This document shows positions 35,608 to 37,586 of a DNA stretch of 37,586 nt, in pieces. The position numbers were made by a program, and so were the translations under genes. The notes beneath the pieces are model-generated. The model saw nothing but the letters and a program-made list of their open reading frames with translations, was not told the origin of the DNA and made no database searches. Origin of the DNA: Clostridia bacterium (GTDB lineage: Bacteria > Bacillota > Clostridia > Christensenellales > UBA1242); assembly GCA_036649955.1 (NCBI GenBank), contig JAVWAR010000001.1, forward strand, positions 1-37,586, written 5' to 3'. Position 1 is the first letter of the stretch. Every line of letters begins with the position of its first letter.

Positions 35608-36747
35608 CTAACCCTGTACAGATTTTTTACAAAATTCGCCTTCGCAAATTGTAACATCTTCGTCAACTACATATGGTGCAACTATAAGAGCGCTATCTTT
35701 CACGCAGGCACCTTTCATAATTCTAACTTTATTAATAGCCTTAGTTGAAGAGCAAACAACGTTGTTGCCCATTATAGCCTCTGCCATTTCAGTATTTTTC
35801 AAATTACATAAATAACCTATATTACAATTACAATGAATATTACAATGATTAAGTATTGATGATGCATCAATGACAACTTTATCATCAATAATGGTTCCTC
35901 CAACTATTTTAACACCATAACTTATGTTGTTGTTTTCACCAATTACAGATGATTCAATAAATGCACCTATTATTTTCGTACCTTCTCCAATACGTGCATC
36001 ACAAATATAAGTATCGCAACCAATTATAACACTTTCACAAATTTCACAAGTCCCTGATATCTTGACATTTTTATCAATAATTACATTTTTTCCAATAGTT
36101 ACATCAGAGTCAATATAAGTTGTCGAGGGGTCATTAATTTGAACACCATTAGACATATGGAAACTTATAATTCTATTGCGCATAGTTTCGCAAACGAGTG
36201 ATAATTGCTTAAAGTTAGAAACAATTATCAAATCTTCTTCATCAAAATAATAAACCTGTGGAGAATAAATTTCATCAACACGCTTAATATATTCAGTTTT
36301 AAAAACATATCCCCGCGTAAGTTTACAAACGTTTAATCCTTTATCACGAGTAAAACCAACAACTTCTTTTATAAGATTTTTTGTAATAAGCGGAGTATCT
36401 GAATAAAGTACAACCGTATATTCTCCATCTTTCAGCACTGGTTTAACAGTATTGACGACACCCAATTCAGTATCACTTATTATCGTTGGGTTTTCAGTTG
36501 CATTAATTACCCATTCAAGCAAACTTTTACCACATAGTTTAAATGATGAACTTTCAGCATCACAATTAAATCCTTCGTGTTCAGTTTTAATAATGATAAA
36601 ATCAAGTTTTATATCTTCATCATCATCTTTTTCTGTTTTTGTTTTTACAGCCGAAAATGGCGCAGACTCCAATTCGAACTCTGCGTTTTCTTTTTCTTCT
36701 ATTTCTTCAAATGAAGTGTACCCTTCAAGTAAATCAAATCTTTCCAT
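35608..36747 (-). CDS. GlmU-like protein (left-handed beta-helix) with a decayed nucleotidyltransferase domain and an acidic N-terminal tail
   Basis: 379 aa in the glmU position upstream of pth-mfd. VVLYSDTPLI and SNGVQINDPSTTYIDSDVTIGKNVII align with GlmU. The LAAGxGTRM loop is replaced by IKTEHEGFNCDAESS, and the QxxLGTxHA, GEYYLTD and NYDG motifs were not found. No SD upstream of ATG 36747. Confidence 0.55.
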   Translation of the reverse strand: MERFDLLEGYTSFEEIEEKENAEFELESAPFSAVKTKTEKDDDEDIKLDFIIIKTEHEGFNCDAESSSFKLCGKSLLEWVINATENPTIISDTELGVVNTVKPVLKDGEYTVVLYSDTPLITKNLIKEVVGFTRDKGLNVCKLTRGYVFKTEYIKRVDEIYSPQVYYFDEEDLIIVSNFKQLSLVCETMRNRIISFHMSNGVQINDPSTTYIDSDVTIGKNVIIDKNVKISGTCEICESVIIGCDTYICDARIGEGTKIIGAFIESSVIGENNNISYGVKIVGGTIIDDKVVIDASSILNHCNIHCNCNIGYLCNLKNTEMAEAIMGNNVVCSSTKAINKVRIMKGACVKDSALIVAPYVVDEDVTICEGEFCKKSVQG

Positions 36748-36809
36748 ACCAATATATTAAACAATAAGAAAACTTCCGTCAAGCAGTTTCCCTACTTCTT
36801 CTCCTTTGA

Positions 36810-37268
36810 TTATTTATTTCGCTTATCTCTAAAATAAAATGATAATAATTCACTGCATTCTTTTTCAAGAATACCGCCCTCAAACTCAATATTATGATTA
36901 AGGTTAGTCCTTAGCGCAAGACTGGTCGCACTTTCAGTATTCTTAGTGACTTTAACTTCATATGCTCCAAAATAAACTTTATCAAGTCGTGCGTTTAAAC
37001 ATGCACCAGCACACATTAAACATGGTTCAAGTGTCACATACATACTGCAACCGTTAAGCCTATAATCGCCCAATTTCTTACATGCTTTATTTATTGCAAT
37101 TATTTCAGCATGCGCGGTTGCAAGATGCTTGGTTTGCCTTTCATTATAACCGCGAGCAATAACCTTGCCATCACGAACAATAACGGCACCAATAGGAACT
37201 TCATCTTTTTGTTTTGCCTTTATTGCTTCTTTAATTGCAAGACTCATCATTTTTTCATTTGTTTCCAT
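36810..37268 (-). CDS. tadA: tRNA adenosine(34) deaminase
   Basis: 152 aa with the HAE and PCLMCAGA zinc motifs of CDA-fold deaminases. Size and EVPIGAVIV are typical of TadA. Confidence 0.9.
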   Translation of the reverse strand: METNEKMMSLAIKEAIKAKQKDEVPIGAVIVRDGKVIARGYNERQTKHLATAHAEIIAINKACKKLGDYRLNGCSMYVTLEPCLMCAGACLNARLDKVYFGAYEVKVTKNTESATSLALRTNLNHNIEFEGGILEKECSELLSFYFRDKRNK

Positions 37269-37586
37269 TTATTATTACCACACTTTTATTTATTAATCTA
37301 AACAAATCTTTAAACTTGTTTTCCAGCAAGGGTAAAACCTCTATATTTCTACTTAATGGATGAGATAGTTTGTCACTGCCACACTCAATGGTGAGAGCCG
37401 TTATACCTAACTTTTCAATGCACCAATCTTTATATCCGCCAGCGCTATTTTTTTCTGTACTGACAATTTTATATTTTAAATTATGCGCAAATAAGTTTGC
37501 TATCTTTTTGTCACGCTTTTTATTTTTATTATAAAAATCATAATATATTTCTTCACCCTTTGTATGCAAACTGAGCGTTAAAATTG
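37255..37586 (-). CDS. M14-family peptidase (gamma-D-glutamyl-meso-DAP peptidase-like), C-terminal part; 5' end lies beyond the window
   Basis: The frame stays open to the window edge (..ILTLSLHTKGEEIYYDF). LSLH.xGE.IY and GGYKDWCI...ALTIECG match the C-terminal half of M14 carboxypeptidases. The track start is only an internal TTG. Confidence 0.6.
   Translation of the reverse strand, partial: ILTLSLHTKGEEIYYDFYNKNKKRDKKIANLFAHNLKYKIVSTEKNSAGGYKDWCIEKLGITALTIECGSDKLSHPLSRNIEVLPLLENKFKDLFRLINKSVVIINGNK

Noticed and set aside
36760-36809. Possible hairpin (gaaaac...gtttcc) between tadA and the GlmU-like gene.
   Set aside because: The pairing is imperfect and short and no U-tract follows. It is indistinguishable from chance.
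1240-37301. All plus-strand ORFs in the track (60-133 aa; for example 3714-4064, 6023-6334, 33139-33540, 33616-33963, 36452-36760).
   Set aside because: Each lies antisense inside, or straddling, a well-supported minus-strand gene. They have low-complexity, Leu/Ile/Phe/Ser-rich translations typical of shadow frames in AT-rich DNA, and I saw no SD sequences or family motifs.
1-37586. Search for a CRISPR array, tRNA/rRNA genes, riboswitch or T-box leaders, transposase or integrase genes, and toxin-antitoxin or restriction-type defence genes.
   Set aside because: I saw no regularly spaced direct repeats and no cloverleaf-like or rRNA-like GC-rich segments. Every intergenic region is 216 nt or shorter and is largely accounted for by promoters and terminators. 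No ORF carries recombinase, nuclease-helicase or methyltransferase motifs apart from the small Smr domain.

Overview
AT-rich, Firmicutes-like chromosomal segment. All 33 supported CDS lie on the minus strand, and the plus-strand ORFs in the track look like antisense shadows. I ran no database search; every family call comes from motifs read in the translations.

Most of the window is housekeeping:
- degV (partial) and an nrdD-nrdG-dut operon preceded by two NrdR-box-like palindromes
- pyrG, a DagK-type lipid kinase and pepF
- a DUF378 protein, secG, and gpmI-tpiA-pgk (no gap or eno)
- dus, a SpoVB/MurJ-type flippase and pyk
- an M23 peptidase and a PrsA-like lipoprotein
- mfd, pth, a GlmU-like protein, tadA and a partial M14 peptidase

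I saw no rRNA, tRNA, CRISPR array, transposase or integrase.

The least ordinary stretch is about 8.2 kb (15945-24156) of envelope and surface genes with no housekeeping match:
- a lipoprotein and a membrane-anchored protein, both with Big_2-like Ig domains
- an 811-aa GLUG-like beta-helix protein
- a small Smr-domain protein whose start and stop overlap its neighbours by 8 nt on each side
- a catalytically degenerate SipW paralogue fused to an unknown cytoplasmic domain
- an intact SipW-type (Ser/His) signal peptidase, followed by a small anchored protein in the tasA position

This is my best candidate for an undescribed secretion or surface-assembly module, but the evidence is contextual.

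Three conserved enzymes also look decayed: PyrG with its glutaminase Cys replaced by Gly, a GlmU paralogue lacking the nucleotide-binding signature, and a G1PDH/Fe-ADH-like protein with a degenerate GGGS motif next to a flippase-like membrane protein.

Several ORF-track starts are TTG or GTG extensions. I moved these to downstream starts that have Shine-Dalgarno support.
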